Source: Diplonema japonicum (Eukaryota > Protista > Euglenozoa: Diplonemea). Taken from it: 64,000 nucleotides of DNA. Under the pieces are notes generated by a model. It saw only the letters and a list, made by a program, of their open reading frames with translations, made no database searches and had not been told where the DNA came from. The DNA is taken from positions 186,001-250,000 of the forward strand of contig OZ025677.1 of assembly GCA_964019335.1 (NCBI GenBank), given 5' to 3'. The position numbers and the translations under genes were made by a program. Positions 35,174 through 46,843 of the stretch are shown piece after piece. Position 1 is the first letter of the stretch. Each line of letters opens with the position of its first letter.

Positions 35174-35715
35174 CGTTCTACGGTTTATAGTGTATAGTAA
35201 ATAATAATAATAACCAGAAGGGGAGGGGGAAAGGCCAAAACTACTTCTATCACCCGATTATGCGCCGGTTTTTTTTTTTTTTTTTTTTTTTCTTTTTTTT
35301 TTCCCCTTTATTTTACAGTTATATTTTTTTAGTTTGTATGTGAGACCACCATCAACGCCCACACCTAACCAGTCCGGTCGATCCTGGACTTCCCAAAGGT
35401 TGGCTGGGAAAACACCTGTGTTGTGTAACAGTCCTCGGGAAGTACCCTTCCCCAGCGGCGTGCAATCAATGAAGAGAGCCGCGAAACGATTTCATTTGCG
35501 GCCGTGCAATTTTCTGTGTCCCTTCGAACACAAGGTGGGGTGGTGCTAAAATGGTTTTAGAGATATGAAAACGCAAAATAAAAAGGGAAAAAAAAGGGAG
35601 GGTGGGATTGGGTTAGTAGTTATGTGGTTTAAAAAGCTTATTGAACAGGTTATTAAAAGAAAGGGGTGTGATCAAATCTCGCGGCAAAAAAGAAAAGGAG
35701 GAGCACCCGTTTCTT

Positions 35716-37035
35716 TTATTCCAAATCCAAGTACGCCCCGACCACCTCTGCAACGTCCTCAGGCACGGAGTACTTCTCCCGGAAGGAATGAACAGCAAAC
35801 CGAGACTCATACTGGGAGAGCGATCGGGGAACACGCGTGGACTGCGCATAAACGGCATCATCAGCCTGTTTGAATAGCACACTGTGGTACACAGGCCGCA
35901 GACGATAACGAGGCAGGAAGAATATCTTAAGGCTGATACACGTCCCACAGGGTCGGGCGGGCGAGGCAAATGGAAGCACCTGCTGCAGACACTGCCCAGC
36001 ACCATAGCCGCAGATGTGAGGTGCTACATAGTGGTGCATCCCCTTGTCTTTGCATGGCACGTTGAGCGCAGTTGTAGAACCAGACCGGCAGCGGGACAAA
36101 GATTTCGCGAATTCGGTTTTCCCCGACAAGGGCTCACCCTGCACCCATACGTCAAGACGATCCTCAACTGGCCATCGTGAACACAAGGGCAGAACAGCCC
36201 ATTCCACACCTTTTCTGTCCCGTGCATCAAGGCTTGCGTAGCCCACCTCACCAAAGATCCCCTTCACAAGCCGTCGAATGTCATTCTTCAAACAGCACGG
36301 GAGGCCCTTCCTCCCAGGGACATCATGCATCGTGTGCACTATCAACAACCCCGGTCTGCCCATGGTATGCCTTGCCTTGAAGCCTTCAAGCCACTTTGTA
36401 AACCCCGCGCATATAGGATCGTGCGACGTATGGGTGTACACAACAAGACCAGGTGGCAGCTTCGCCAAAGGGCCGCTCTCGTGTATATCGATTTGGATTT
36501 TTTTAAAGGTGAAAGGGACTTCAACCGGTGGTCTGTTGGCTCCTTTTAAAGGTTCCGAGTAGAGGTCGATGGTAAGGCATGCTGGTTGGGATGACTCCAG
36601 GGTGAACTGCCGGACAGTACTTTGCGACTGTGGGATGCCGTCCAGCCTTGTAGAGCACCCTGCTGCAGAGATGGGTAAGGGCGTGATCTTCACGTCCCCT
36701 AATGTCACGTCGAATGATATTTTCCGGTTTGTGTGAGGGATCCTTCGCAGCTCTACGCAGAAGGTGCTCTTGGCGCTCGCATAGGCGATGTACTCCCTGC
36801 CGCTCTTCCGTACGCCTTCCACAGCGCCTTCTGCTTCACTGATTTTCAGTCTTTTCACGATTCTTGGGAATTCGGACCCTGCTTCAGTTTCCCAGAGTCC
36901 TACCCATATCCCCTTGTAGCCGGGGTGAGTCATGCTGAGCACGCCTTCTGTGTCTGACTTCACACAGCCTGTTTCTGTGCCTTGTGGGCGAGTGTTGAAC
37001 CAGCTGAGCGCTTTCGTCACAAAAGGGTTCAGCAT
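35716..37035 (-). CDS. Hypothetical protein with degenerate P-loop-like motif near C-terminus
   Basis: 439-aa ORF with ATG after an A-run and coding-like composition. Contains VWVQGEPLSGKTEF. Confidence 0.65.
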   Translation of the reverse strand: MLNPFVTKALSWFNTRPQGTETGCVKSDTEGVLSMTHPGYKGIWVGLWETEAGSEFPRIVKRLKISEAEGAVEGVRKSGREYIAYASAKSTFCVELRRIPHTNRKISFDVTLGDVKITPLPISAAGCSTRLDGIPQSQSTVRQFTLESSQPACLTIDLYSEPLKGANRPPVEVPFTFKKIQIDIHESGPLAKLPPGLVVYTHTSHDPICAGFTKWLEGFKARHTMGRPGLLIVHTMHDVPGRKGLPCCLKNDIRRLVKGIFGEVGYASLDARDRKGVEWAVLPLCSRWPVEDRLDVWVQGEPLSGKTEFAKSLSRCRSGSTTALNVPCKDKGMHHYVAPHICGYGAGQCLQQVLPFASPARPCGTCISLKIFFLPRYRLRPVYHSVLFKQADDAVYAQSTRVPRSLSQYESRFAVHSFREKYSVPEDVAEVVGAYLDLE

Positions 37036-37276
37036 TTTTTTTTCCCCCCTCCCCCGATGGAAAAGTTTAAATTTTATGTGTATGTCGTGTATGGGTATGG
37101 GTATGGGTGTTCTGTGATTGTTTGTTGGGTTTTTTCAAAAAAAAAAAAAAAAGAAGAAGAAGAAACAGACGAAGCAGGGGGGGAGGAGGGAAACCACAAG
37201 TTTGCTGGGGAATCCCCTCCTCTGTCACGAAGAGAAGGAATTTAAAAAAAAAAAGGAAGAAAAAAAAAAGAGAGGA

Positions 37277-37321
<45 letters not shown>

Positions 37322-37738
37322 CCTTCTCCGACAGCAACGCGCTGCGAAGGAACAATAAAAAAAAGGGGGGGGGATGAAAAGGGGATACTGATGGCGGTGG
37401 ACAGAAAGGAAAGGGGGTGAAAAAGTAATATTAAGTGGACTTCTTCCAATACCGGACTCGCTCCTATCATTGCTGGTTTTGTTGGTAGCCTTACCGCACC
37501 TGGCAACTCGCTGCGAGAAAATAAAAAGGGGTTCGTGAAATGTTCTTTCAAAGGTACGTCCCAAAGGGGAAAATACAATGTAAAAAGGAATGAAGAAAAA
37601 AAAGGAGGGGAAAGGTCCCAGACCCAAAACGATAGGGTATTTACCCCTCCCTCTTTTTTTTTTTTTCATGCAGAAAAGGTGAAAAATATAAAATGAAACC
37701 TTTTATAAAAAAAAATTTAAAAAAAGGAACCCGCTGCT

Positions 37739-37776
<38 letters not shown>

Positions 37777-38556
37777 CTAAATGAATAACATAGCTGTGTG
37801 TTAATACTTATTTTTTGTTTATTTTTTCTTTTTTTTCGTTTCTCTTTGTGCCGGGTTAGAGTTCAATAAGGTTCAGCTCAAAAAGGATGACAGTTTGTAT
37901 AAGAAAAAAGGGGGGAAAGGGGGGAAATCAGAAAAGTAAAAACGGAAAAGAGAAATAAAATAATAAAAAAAAGAAAGGCGGAAGCTTTAAGCTTGAGTGT
38001 TTCTTTCTTTTCTTTTTTTTTTTTTTTTTTTTTTTTTTCCTTCTTTTTTTCCGTGCTTGCAATTCGCATCAAGGCAGGACAATGGGGCAACAATTATCTT
38101 TTGTTTTCTTTTCAACTTTTCGTCATTTTCCTCACCAACTGCCATCGGTGGGGGGGGGGGGGGGGGGGGGTTGGTTATTTTGACTATTTCCAGCTTCGAG
38201 GACATTCCAGCCCTAGAAAGTGGGAATAGTACTTTGGATGTCCCATCCTAGGTGAGAAGGGCCCCTACGGGGCCCTTAAGAAACAGAACGAGGTGAGGAA
38301 AGCAACTTACCGCCAAGTGAGATGTAATGCAACTCGGTACCTCTTTTTTTTTTTCTTTTTTTCTTTCCGCACGGGGCCTGCAAAAAGAAAAAAGAAAAAG
38401 AAATCGAGACTCACAGCAGTTAAAATTACAAAAAAAGCTTGTTGGTAATAGTTGGTTTATCTTTTCTTTCTTTCTTTTTTTTTTTTTTTTTCTTTCAAGA
38501 AGTCCCAGTGTGTCACTTTGTTGCTGCGAGTCATAGCACGGGGGGGAAAAAAAGAG

Positions 38557-38590
<34 letters not shown>

Positions 38591-39124
38591 GTAGCCTCAC
38601 TTGTATCGTGGTGCAACATCTAGACAAAAAAAGACATAGGGGGGAAAAGGGGGGACTAAGGAAAATTGCGTAAGCTAGGCACTACCTCCTTCTCATCCTG
38701 GATAACAGGCTGGAGAAAGGGGAATAGAGTTAGTTCTAAATGAATGGGGGGGGGGGGGGGGGGGGGTGAACACGGAAGGGCCCTTCCCTTTGCCTGGCTA
38801 ACAGGATGCAAAAAAGGGGAGAGAGGGGGGTTTTCTTTTGGCGCCCTGGCACACAGCTACTAAGCATGCTTACAGAATAAAAAGAAAACAAACTTTTTTT
38901 TTTCTTCGATGTTTCTTCTTTTTCTGGTGTTCAAAAAAAAAGGGGGGTCGTGTATTGAGGGAGAGAGAGAAAAAAAAAAGGTTTACAATGAAAAAAAAAG
39001 GGGGGTAAGAGGGTGGAAACTACTATTTTTTTTTTCCCTTCTTTTTTGGGGGCTCCGACAGCACGTGGCTATGTCCTCCCAAAAGAAAAAAAAAAGAAGG
39101 AAAGGGAGAAAAATCTCGCAGGGA

Positions 39125-39361
39125 TCAACCCCTGGGGAAATCGTCGTTCAGCATCTCTTCCAGCACACTCTTGGACTGGGGGACTTTTTTCATGAAATAA
39201 AACTCGCGGATGTGCCTTGCTGCCGCGACCTGCTGCTGTGCCCTTTCAGGCTTCAAGAAATAGTCATTGATCAAGCACTTAACATTTTGCGTGGATTTTC
39301 CCTGAATCACCTGCACACCACGAGCCTGCATCTTCATCATAAGAGCAACACTGCGCTGCAT
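39125..39361 (-). CDS. Small basic hypothetical protein (78 aa)
   Basis: MQRSVALMMKMQARG...FPRG. Coding-like island on the cluster strand; the N-terminus resembles a mitochondrial presequence. Confidence 0.5.
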   Translation of the reverse strand: MQRSVALMMKMQARGVQVIQGKSTQNVKCLINDYFLKPERAQQQVAAARHIREFYFMKKVPQSKSVLEEMLNDDFPRG

Positions 39362-39633
39362 AATAATTATTTGCCTGTGTTGGGGGTGGTAAAGGGGAAA
39401 AGAGGGGATAATACTGCAAATAACGAGGGGAAAAAAAAGGGGGGGGGGGGTGAACACAGTCGAACTCCGGTAGCACATTGCATTGGGTTATATAGTAAGA
39501 AGAATGGAAACGTTGTATGTCATTCATGCAAAGTCAGCATCGTGCGGGTCATGTTACAGAAAAGGGGGCAATTCTGGAGACCCATCCGACACCCACACCT
39601 ACACCTGTTTTACTTCTTCGCTTCACTTCATCT

Positions 39634-41571
39634 TCAGAACCCCCTGTCCCCCCTGGGGCCGACATCGGAGGTGTCGATCTGCTGGAAACCGAGGGCCAAG
39701 GCGGGGGATCCAGGGAGCAACGTGAAGTTTGCATTGCCAGGGTCTGCCATCAAAGGGTCACCCACCACTGAGTGGGTGTCCTGTCCCATCGAACGCCAGT
39801 CTTGTAAACTGCAGTCGCAGGCAGCGGTTCCCTTGCATGGGAAGGTGGCAGTGCTGCCTGGAGTGAAGTACACATTAGAGTCGAAGGTGACATTGGCGAA
39901 GCCGTTCTTTGAGGTAGCCATGAAGAGTGGTGGGTTGCCTGCAGCGGTGCTGATCACATTCAAAGTGAAATTGAAGTTACTAATGCTGTCCTGGTTGCCT
40001 GGCGTGTCGCCGGCCGAGCTTCGCAGAGCAGAGTCGCAGACAGCGCCCCCTGTGGCCGTGTTGCTGTTGACACCGTAGAACAGGTTGTTCGTCAGAACGT
40101 TGTCGATGCCGAAGTGCTGGTGGAAACCCGAGCACTTTGTGAGGTACGCCACGTTCCCCTTCAGCAGGACCCCCCTCGAGGCCTGGTCTGTGTAGTACCC
40201 CCACCCGCCGTAGTCGAACGATGTCACGTTGGTGCACACGTTGCCGCTGATCTCCGTCCCGTAGTCCTGCCCCAGGTGGTACACGCACCCCAGGTCGGAG
40301 AGGTCCCCCATTCCGATCGCATGGATCATGTTCTTCGCAATGAGGTTGCGCCTCTCGGTTGTTTCTTCGTAGTTCCATGTCCACCCCACGCTGATCCCCG
40401 TGTACCGGAAGTACGCCACCTCATTGTGGACCACCTTCACGTCGCTTGCTGCCTGCAGCAGCACCCCGCAGCCCATGCGGTAGATCTGCGAGCCGTGCGT
40501 GATCGTGTTGTCGCTCACTGTGATGCGCTGCGCAAGTTGACTGCTGACGCCATGTGTTCCGGGCCCGATACGCACGCCACTGCCGCCTACATCCGTCACC
40601 GTGCCTGCGACAAAGGAACAGTCCCTGCTAAGCACGTCGAACCACACCCCTGTGTCGCCCGTGTGCTTCACAGTGACGTTCACGAAGGCGACCCCAGAGG
40701 AGTTCAGCACATGCACGGCAGCGGCTGTGGAAAAGCTGGCAGACTGGCTGGTGCAGTCGCTTTGGAGACAAGGCCCCCAGTTGACACGGGAGTGCTGCAG
40801 CACGACACCGCGCATTGTGACGTTGGCCTGCTTGTCAACACGCACGAGCTCTGTGAGGTTGGCCACCCATGTATCGATGCGGCGGGTGGGGTCTGCAGGG
40901 GCGTAGTACAGCAGCCCTGCTGTCTCATCGTGGTAGAAGCTGCCTGAGCTTGCGTGCAGGTATTCAAAAGCGTTCTCGAGGTAGTACCGCCTGCCTGACG
41001 CGTAGCCGCCGTAGTACGAGATGGAGGCATTGCGCTGCAGTACTATGGTGGTGCCTTCAGCAGACTTCACCTGCGAGTAAGATGCCGTCCAGTACTCATA
41101 TTTGACGACACGCATGGCGGTAGGGTTGCTGTAATTGGCCAGCAGCTGTCCTGCAGAGACTTGTATCGTGTCAAAGGTTGGGCCGGGTGGCACGTAGGTC
41201 GTGTACTGCATGGTGGCACTGCGGGCCACACCCACACGCTCCCCAGAGTCGAACAGTTGGCTGATGCCTGTCACACCCGCAGGGGCTTCAGTCATGTACA
41301 GCCACGCCTTGCCAGCTACCTGCCGCCACCCATCCACAGGCACACCTCCCGTGACCACCGCACCTTCTCCAACTACCTCAATCCCGCTGCCAAGCCTCAG
41401 CGTTTCCTTCAGGCGGTGCAGACCACGCTCTAGCACTACCCTCTTCACACCCTCCTCCTGTGCCTTTTGTACAACAGATGCTAAACATCTAGCGCTAGGA
41501 GGCACCCTTAACTCCGTAGTGCACGTGGTGATGATGGGGAAGAGCAGCAGGTGGGCAAGTATTCTTTGCAT
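39634..41571 (-). CDS. Secreted right-handed beta-helix protein, GH141-like glycoside hydrolase
   Basis: Signal peptide, RYYLENAFEYL...GSFYHD, YTGISVGWTW, LSDLGCVY, YGGWGYYTDQAS, and C-terminal F-x-L-x-x-x-SPA...GF...VGP. Confidence 0.8.
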   Translation of the reverse strand: MQRILAHLLLFPIITTCTTELRVPPSARCLASVVQKAQEEGVKRVVLERGLHRLKETLRLGSGIEVVGEGAVVTGGVPVDGWRQVAGKAWLYMTEAPAGVTGISQLFDSGERVGVARSATMQYTTYVPPGPTFDTIQVSAGQLLANYSNPTAMRVVKYEYWTASYSQVKSAEGTTIVLQRNASISYYGGYASGRRYYLENAFEYLHASSGSFYHDETAGLLYYAPADPTRRIDTWVANLTELVRVDKQANVTMRGVVLQHSRVNWGPCLQSDCTSQSASFSTAAAVHVLNSSGVAFVNVTVKHTGDTGVWFDVLSRDCSFVAGTVTDVGGSGVRIGPGTHGVSSQLAQRITVSDNTITHGSQIYRMGCGVLLQAASDVKVVHNEVAYFRYTGISVGWTWNYEETTERRNLIAKNMIHAIGMGDLSDLGCVYHLGQDYGTEISGNVCTNVTSFDYGGWGYYTDQASRGVLLKGNVAYLTKCSGFHQHFGIDNVLTNNLFYGVNSNTATGGAVCDSALRSSAGDTPGNQDSISNFNFTLNVISTAAGNPPLFMATSKNGFANVTFDSNVYFTPGSTATFPCKGTAACDCSLQDWRSMGQDTHSVVGDPLMADPGNANFTLLPGSPALALGFQQIDTSDVGPRGDRGF

Positions 41572-41844
41572 GTTTCGTATTTTTAATTGGTTTCTTTGTC
41601 TTGTTCTTTTTTTTTTTTTTTTTTCTTTTTTTTTTTTTCTTGTAGTATTTTATTGGTTCGGGCAACAAATAAAATAAGACACTTTTCCCCCCCCTGTTTT
41701 CTTTTCCGTTTCTTTACATCAGGAAATCGGGGACTACTCCGGTATTTCTATTGCTTTCAACAACAGGATTTTGTGGGGAAAGCCTCAAAAGCTGAACCAC
41801 CAGGGGGGGAAAAAAAAACACAAAAAAGGAGAGATGTGTATGCT

Positions 41845-41882
<38 letters not shown>

Positions 41883-41922
41883 CTCTTTGAAAAAGTCCAT
41901 TCTTTCCTATTTCGGGGAGAAT

Positions 41923-42930
41923 CTAAGGAGTGAAAACTTCTATGTCCCAATCAGGGGTACCTTTCGAGGCACAGATGAACGAGTAGTGCGAGTGGATGAG
42001 AACCCTGTGTTTGCCCCATTCCCTCCCCCCAGTACCTTGAAGTGCATACCACTCTTCGATTTCGTCAAGAAGCTCGATTTTAGAAACACGCAGCTTGTCA
42101 GCAGCAGAGAGGGAAGCCCATACATCATTCATGTCTTTCGCAGAACACGAGGTGAAGCCAGCAGAGAGGTACCGGTCCACCTGTGCCTCAAGGGTTGGAT
42201 AAGCAGAGTAGGAGAGGAGCGGACATCCCCGTGCAGCAAGGTTGGTAAGCATACGTTGGCCGAAGGGCGTCGTCGGGTTTATTTGTTCATATGTGACAAT
42301 GGAGACAGTCCTCAGCCTTGAAGCAAAGCTTCTCAACAGAACATCGCCATCCTCAGGACGGAGGTACACAAGCACGCACTCTGAAATGCACAAGGTGGGT
42401 ATGTCTGCATCTATGAGACAGTTTTTAAAGAGCGCGTCAGGCAGCCCTGGGTCACGCAGGTCAAACGCAAGCATTTGATAAATACTGTCTTCAAGCAAGC
42501 TGGCTACGACCTGGTCTTCCTCCACATGTTTCTTCTTTTTTGCTATCACTTGGGGGAGGTCCACATCCGCCCACCTTCGAAGCCTGCCCTCGTAGTGCTT
42601 CCTCAACCGGAAGAAGCTGGAGTCGTACCCACACCCTACCGACACCACTTGGAACTCCTTGTGCTTGCATGCAAAGGCTGCAATACATTTTTCGACGAAC
42701 CGGACCCTTGCCCAGTAACCCCTCCTCACCAGTGGTGACTCTGCTGCAATGCCTGTCGGGACCATCTTTGCCACCTTCCCAATATAAGGGTCAGCATAGT
42801 ATCCCAAGTGCACTGCCCTCAGCTTGCTGCTTGTTGCGGCATCGTTGGTAGCAATGACACCAGCATCCCCCGAGGTGGGGGGCTGTGGGGCCTTCATCGC
42901 CCGGAGGGGCGGGGATGGGGGTGGTTGCAT
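41923..42930 (-). CDS. LCMT1: Leucine carboxyl methyltransferase 1 (PP2A methyltransferase)
   Basis: TNDAATSSKLRAVHLGY, RGYWAR, QVVSVGCGYDS, SECVLVYL, YEQI...FGQRMLTNL, ELLDEIEEW...HY. Confidence 0.92.
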   Translation of the reverse strand: MQPPPSPPLRAMKAPQPPTSGDAGVIATNDAATSSKLRAVHLGYYADPYIGKVAKMVPTGIAAESPLVRRGYWARVRFVEKCIAAFACKHKEFQVVSVGCGYDSSFFRLRKHYEGRLRRWADVDLPQVIAKKKKHVEEDQVVASLLEDSIYQMLAFDLRDPGLPDALFKNCLIDADIPTLCISECVLVYLRPEDGDVLLRSFASRLRTVSIVTYEQINPTTPFGQRMLTNLAARGCPLLSYSAYPTLEAQVDRYLSAGFTSCSAKDMNDVWASLSAADKLRVSKIELLDEIEEWYALQGTGGREWGKHRVLIHSHYSFICASKGTPDWDIEVFTP

Positions 42931-43207
42931 GTGTTATATATTATGTTCCTTTACAAAAAAAAGTATTTATATCGCTTCATATCCGCTATCACAGCCTGCA
43001 TTTTGAAGGGCTAAAAAAAAAAAAAATTCCAATTGCTTTTTCTAGGGCTGGAATGGATTTATTTGTGCCTGGGGCCCAAGGTCTGACATGTGGAATTTTA
43101 TTTTTGTACTAAAAGTTTTTTTTAAAGTGATTTTGCCTGACTTTGTACTATACGGGGTTCAAACCTGATGCAAGGTTTCCCCCGTGGTTGTGAACCTCAA
43201 AGAAATC

Positions 43208-43280
43208 GAGTAAGAGTGGGATTCGAATCTGCTTCTCTTAGTTCAGCAGGGCAAATCCCTCTAGCTAGACTACGCAAGCT
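43208..43280 (-). other. Degenerate tRNA-derived/SINE-like sequence
   Basis: Minus strand has TAGTCTAGCTAG (A-box-like) and AGATTCGAATCCC (B-box). Stems are poor. Confidence 0.35.
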
Positions 43281-44618
43281 TTGAGAATATTTTCCGCAAA
43301 AATACTGGTTCAGGAAGATGCTCATTTTTGCCAAATTTTCAGGTTTCAAAAAAAAAAAATCCCCTCAAAACACCTATGACCCAATTTTACAGAGGCTGGG
43401 TCACTCAGTGGATATGAAGCGTTTAAAAAAAATAAAAAGTAGCCCAAGGGAGGTGGTTGCGCATGGAAAAAAAAAGGGGGGGGTGTGAGAAAAGTGCTTT
43501 TTTTTCTTTTTGGGTGGGATTACGGATGTGGAAGGACGGGGAATTTCAGGCAATGAAAAAAAAAAAGAATAAAATAAAATAAAATAAAATATAAAAAAAA
43601 AAAAAAGGGTCTGTGTGTTGGTTACTCTCGAGACTTTTTAGGGTTGAGAGTGGGGGGGGAAGGGGGAGAAAAAGCACTTGGAATGGAACAAACAAAACAA
43701 GGGGATAGAACATCAGGGGGAGAAACTTATGGTAATGTGGTGTGGCAGTTCGTCATGCGATTGACTTAGCGAGGGTTGCCTATTCTGTTTTCTTCTTTTT
43801 CTTTTTTCTTTTGGTTTCTATTTCCAGGAAACAGTCCTTCTTTAGGCAGATCTTCGATTCTCTTTTTTTTTTTTTTTTTTTCTTTTTTTTTTTTCTCCCC
43901 CAATCTTTCAACACATGTCCCTTTTCCTAACCCGGACTCCGAAATAGAATTCTCCCTCATTCTTGTCAAAGATAGCCCATAAACAACTTTTTCAATTTCT
44001 CCTTCTCTTTTTTTTTTTTTTTTTTTCTTTTTTTTTTATCCTCTCTTTTTCACGCACACAAATAACTTAGCTGCTCTTGTTCTCTTCAACTACAAAAAAA
44101 AGGGTCAAAGATCTTCCTTATGGCATTTTTTTTTTCTTTTTTTTTTTCTGCTTCTTTTTTTTTATTATTCCTCTTTTTTTTCTTATATGTTCTTTCAATT
44201 TCTTTTTTTTTTCTTTTTATGCAAAATCCGTGTACAGGGGAAGAGAAGGGAGGAAGACTGAAAGAATAGAATACTGAACAGATTCGAGAACAGAATAAAA
44301 AAGAAAAAAAGAGAAAACAATAAAATAAAATAAAAGCACCCCCCCATTTTTTTTATATAAATCAGTGCTTAAATCTTGATTTGCGGAGCATCCACATGAG
44401 ATTTAATTTGAACTCCGATATCCTCTTTCTTGGGGGTTTTTGACATGGGAAGGTATTCGAGATATAGCCGCAGATCTGTATGATTCTTTTTTTTTTTTTC
44501 TTTCTTATTCTCCATACCATTTCGACTAAAAGCGAAGGAAGCTTGAGATATTTAACCAGCTCCTCAAGGGAGCCAGCATTAGACAGCAAGCGGCATTGCA
44601 ACTTAAGGAAGACGCGGA

Positions 44619-45569
44619 CTACATTTGTGTAAGTGCCGTGTTGCTGCAAGAATTTTTTTTTTTTTTTTTTTTTTTCTCGTGTTCTTCGCATACTTCAGTA
44701 ACCTTCCTCCATCTAAAGGAGGGGCAATGGGACTGGTTCAGTGTGTTGCTCCCCCAGCAGATTGTGTTACCGTCCCCCAGCAAGGCCATGGAGTGGTACC
44801 CCCCTGCATCTATATCAACGGCTTTTCTAGAATCAAACGATTTTGGTTTCGCAGCCCCATCCTTGTTCTCGCCCCACCCGACAACTGTGCCATCCTTCAG
44901 CAGTGCTAAGGAGTGGCGGCCTCCCGCAGCCAGCTTCACGACTGTCCTCCCCATAGCACGGAAGGAAGGCGGAAGCGCTTGCCCGAAGGAATTGTCACCC
45001 CACCCAACGACACCACCATCAGCCAGTAAAGCTAAAGAATGCGCCCCGCCTGCAGCCATGGCAACAGCTTTTCTCCCTCCAAAGGAAGGGGGTCTTCCAG
45101 GACCGACTCGAGGGTTTCCCCCCCACCCTTTAATAGTGCCATCTTCAAGTAAGGCAAGGGAGTGATAGCACCCAGCAGAGATGGACACAGCACGCTGGTC
45201 CCCAAATGAAGGAACGGCGGTTTGCTTCAAGTCGTTGCACCCCCAGCAGACCACCTTCCCGTTGTCGAGAAGTGCCATGGAATGCCGCCCACCTGCAGCG
45301 ATGGCCACCACATGGCTCCCCACAGGGAGGATGCCAGGGGCGGGTGTAGTCTGCCCGTCGAAGTTGTACCCCCACCCCACCACAGACCCGTCCGCCAGCA
45401 GCGCCAGAGAGTGAAAGTACCCTGCCGCTACAGCCACCGCCCGTCTGCCGTTGAACAAAGGCATCCCCGGACACTGCAATGATGTCTGGCCATGCTCGTG
45501 GCTGCCCCACCCTATCACGCTGCCATCCTCGAGCAGGGCCAGGGAGTGCCCCACACCTGACGCCGCCAT
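44619..45569 (-). CDS. RCC1/BLIP-II repeat beta-propeller protein
   Basis: Seven repeats of A-x-G-x-x-HS(L/M)ALL-x-(D/N)G-x-V-x-x-WG-x-N-x-x-GQ. Confidence 0.88.
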   Translation of the reverse strand: MAASGVGHSLALLEDGSVIGWGSHEHGQTSLQCPGMPLFNGRRAVAVAAGYFHSLALLADGSVVGWGYNFDGQTTPAPGILPVGSHVVAIAAGGRHSMALLDNGKVVCWGCNDLKQTAVPSFGDQRAVSISAGCYHSLALLEDGTIKGWGGNPRVGPGRPPSFGGRKAVAMAAGGAHSLALLADGGVVGWGDNSFGQALPPSFRAMGRTVVKLAAGGRHSLALLKDGTVVGWGENKDGAAKPKSFDSRKAVDIDAGGYHSMALLGDGNTICWGSNTLNQSHCPSFRWRKVTEVCEEHEKKKKKKKNSCSNTALTQM

Positions 45570-45819
45570 TTTTTCTTTAAAAAATCGTCCGGTGTCCTTC
45601 TCTTCTGGTTTTCCCCCCCTCCTTTTTCTTTCTTTCTTTTTTTAGCTGTTGAAGTGGCGAGGATAATAAGAAAAAGCAAAAAGAAGGGGAAGAGCAGGGA
45701 GGGAGGACTTGACCTTTTTTGTTTCTCTCGTTCTTTCTTGATAGAATGGCCTACCACCTAAACCACCATTCCCGTTTTCGGGTTTTTTCTCTCTCTTTTT
45801 TTTCTTTTTTTCCTTTCGT

Positions 45820-45861
<42 letters not shown>

Positions 45862-46843
45862 CTTCTTGGCAGGCTGGAATCATAGTCCCTTATCGTAATG
45901 TGGTCAGGCCTATGGGTTAATATATCTTTTTCTTTCTTGAAAAAAAGGGGGAAATGTTTGGTTTGGTTTTCCTCCCCTAACAGACACCTTCAGGGGCAAA
46001 GGTTGAAGATAAATAGTGTATGATTTTCTTTTTACTTTATTTTTTTTTTTTTTTATTTCCAAGCTGCTTTCTCTTGAAATTCTGGCAAGGGTTTGCGAAG
46101 GAAGATTCTGGGAAGAAATCCCCTGTTTCTTTGCTGAAGGTTCTCTTTTTTCTTCTTTTTTTTTTCTGTAAAAGTGAGTAGCGCCATTTCTGAGCTATTT
46201 TTTTGAAGGAGTTGATCACTCATACAGCACAAGTACCGCTGCTAAGATTGTTGCCCCTTCCCCTTTTTTTTTACGTCTTAAATATGATGATGCTAGTGTA
46301 TCAAAAGAATTGAAAGAGTAAAATAAGGGCGGCTCAGCCCACTCCCAGGCTGATAGAAGAAAAAAAAAATGAAGATAAAAAGAAATGTTTTACATTGTTT
46401 AAAAAGAAAATTGCTGGCTTCACACAAGGGCATGTGAAGTACTATAGAAAATAACCCCAAGTACCCCCCTTTTTTTTGAAATACGAACACAAGCACATAT
46501 GGCAAGGAAGATGGGGGGAGACCTCATTCCGGCGTTTGTTTGCGCTATAAAAAGTATGCAAACTGCACAATTATGGGGCTGTCAATCAGATTTGGTATCA
46601 CAAAAGGAAGAAGAAGAAAAATGAAAAGCTGATCACAAATGGGAGAGTTCGGTGTCGTTCACTTGTACTTCTCTTCATTGCGATGTGTTGCCTCATGAAG
46701 GGGACTGCAAACCCGATTGGCTCACAAGAACGAAGAAAATAAACAGCTACCAATTTCTTCGGAACATCAGAAAATAAAAGGAAAGGTACAGAAGGTTCAG
46801 AGGGCTCCCGTCCTGTTACGGAGAAGATTCCAACTACAGGCGG

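Noticed and set aside
38909-40078. 389-aa plus-strand ORF (and similar antisense ORFs such as 803-1702 and 40114-40947)
   Set aside because: Antisense shadows of well-supported minus-strand genes.
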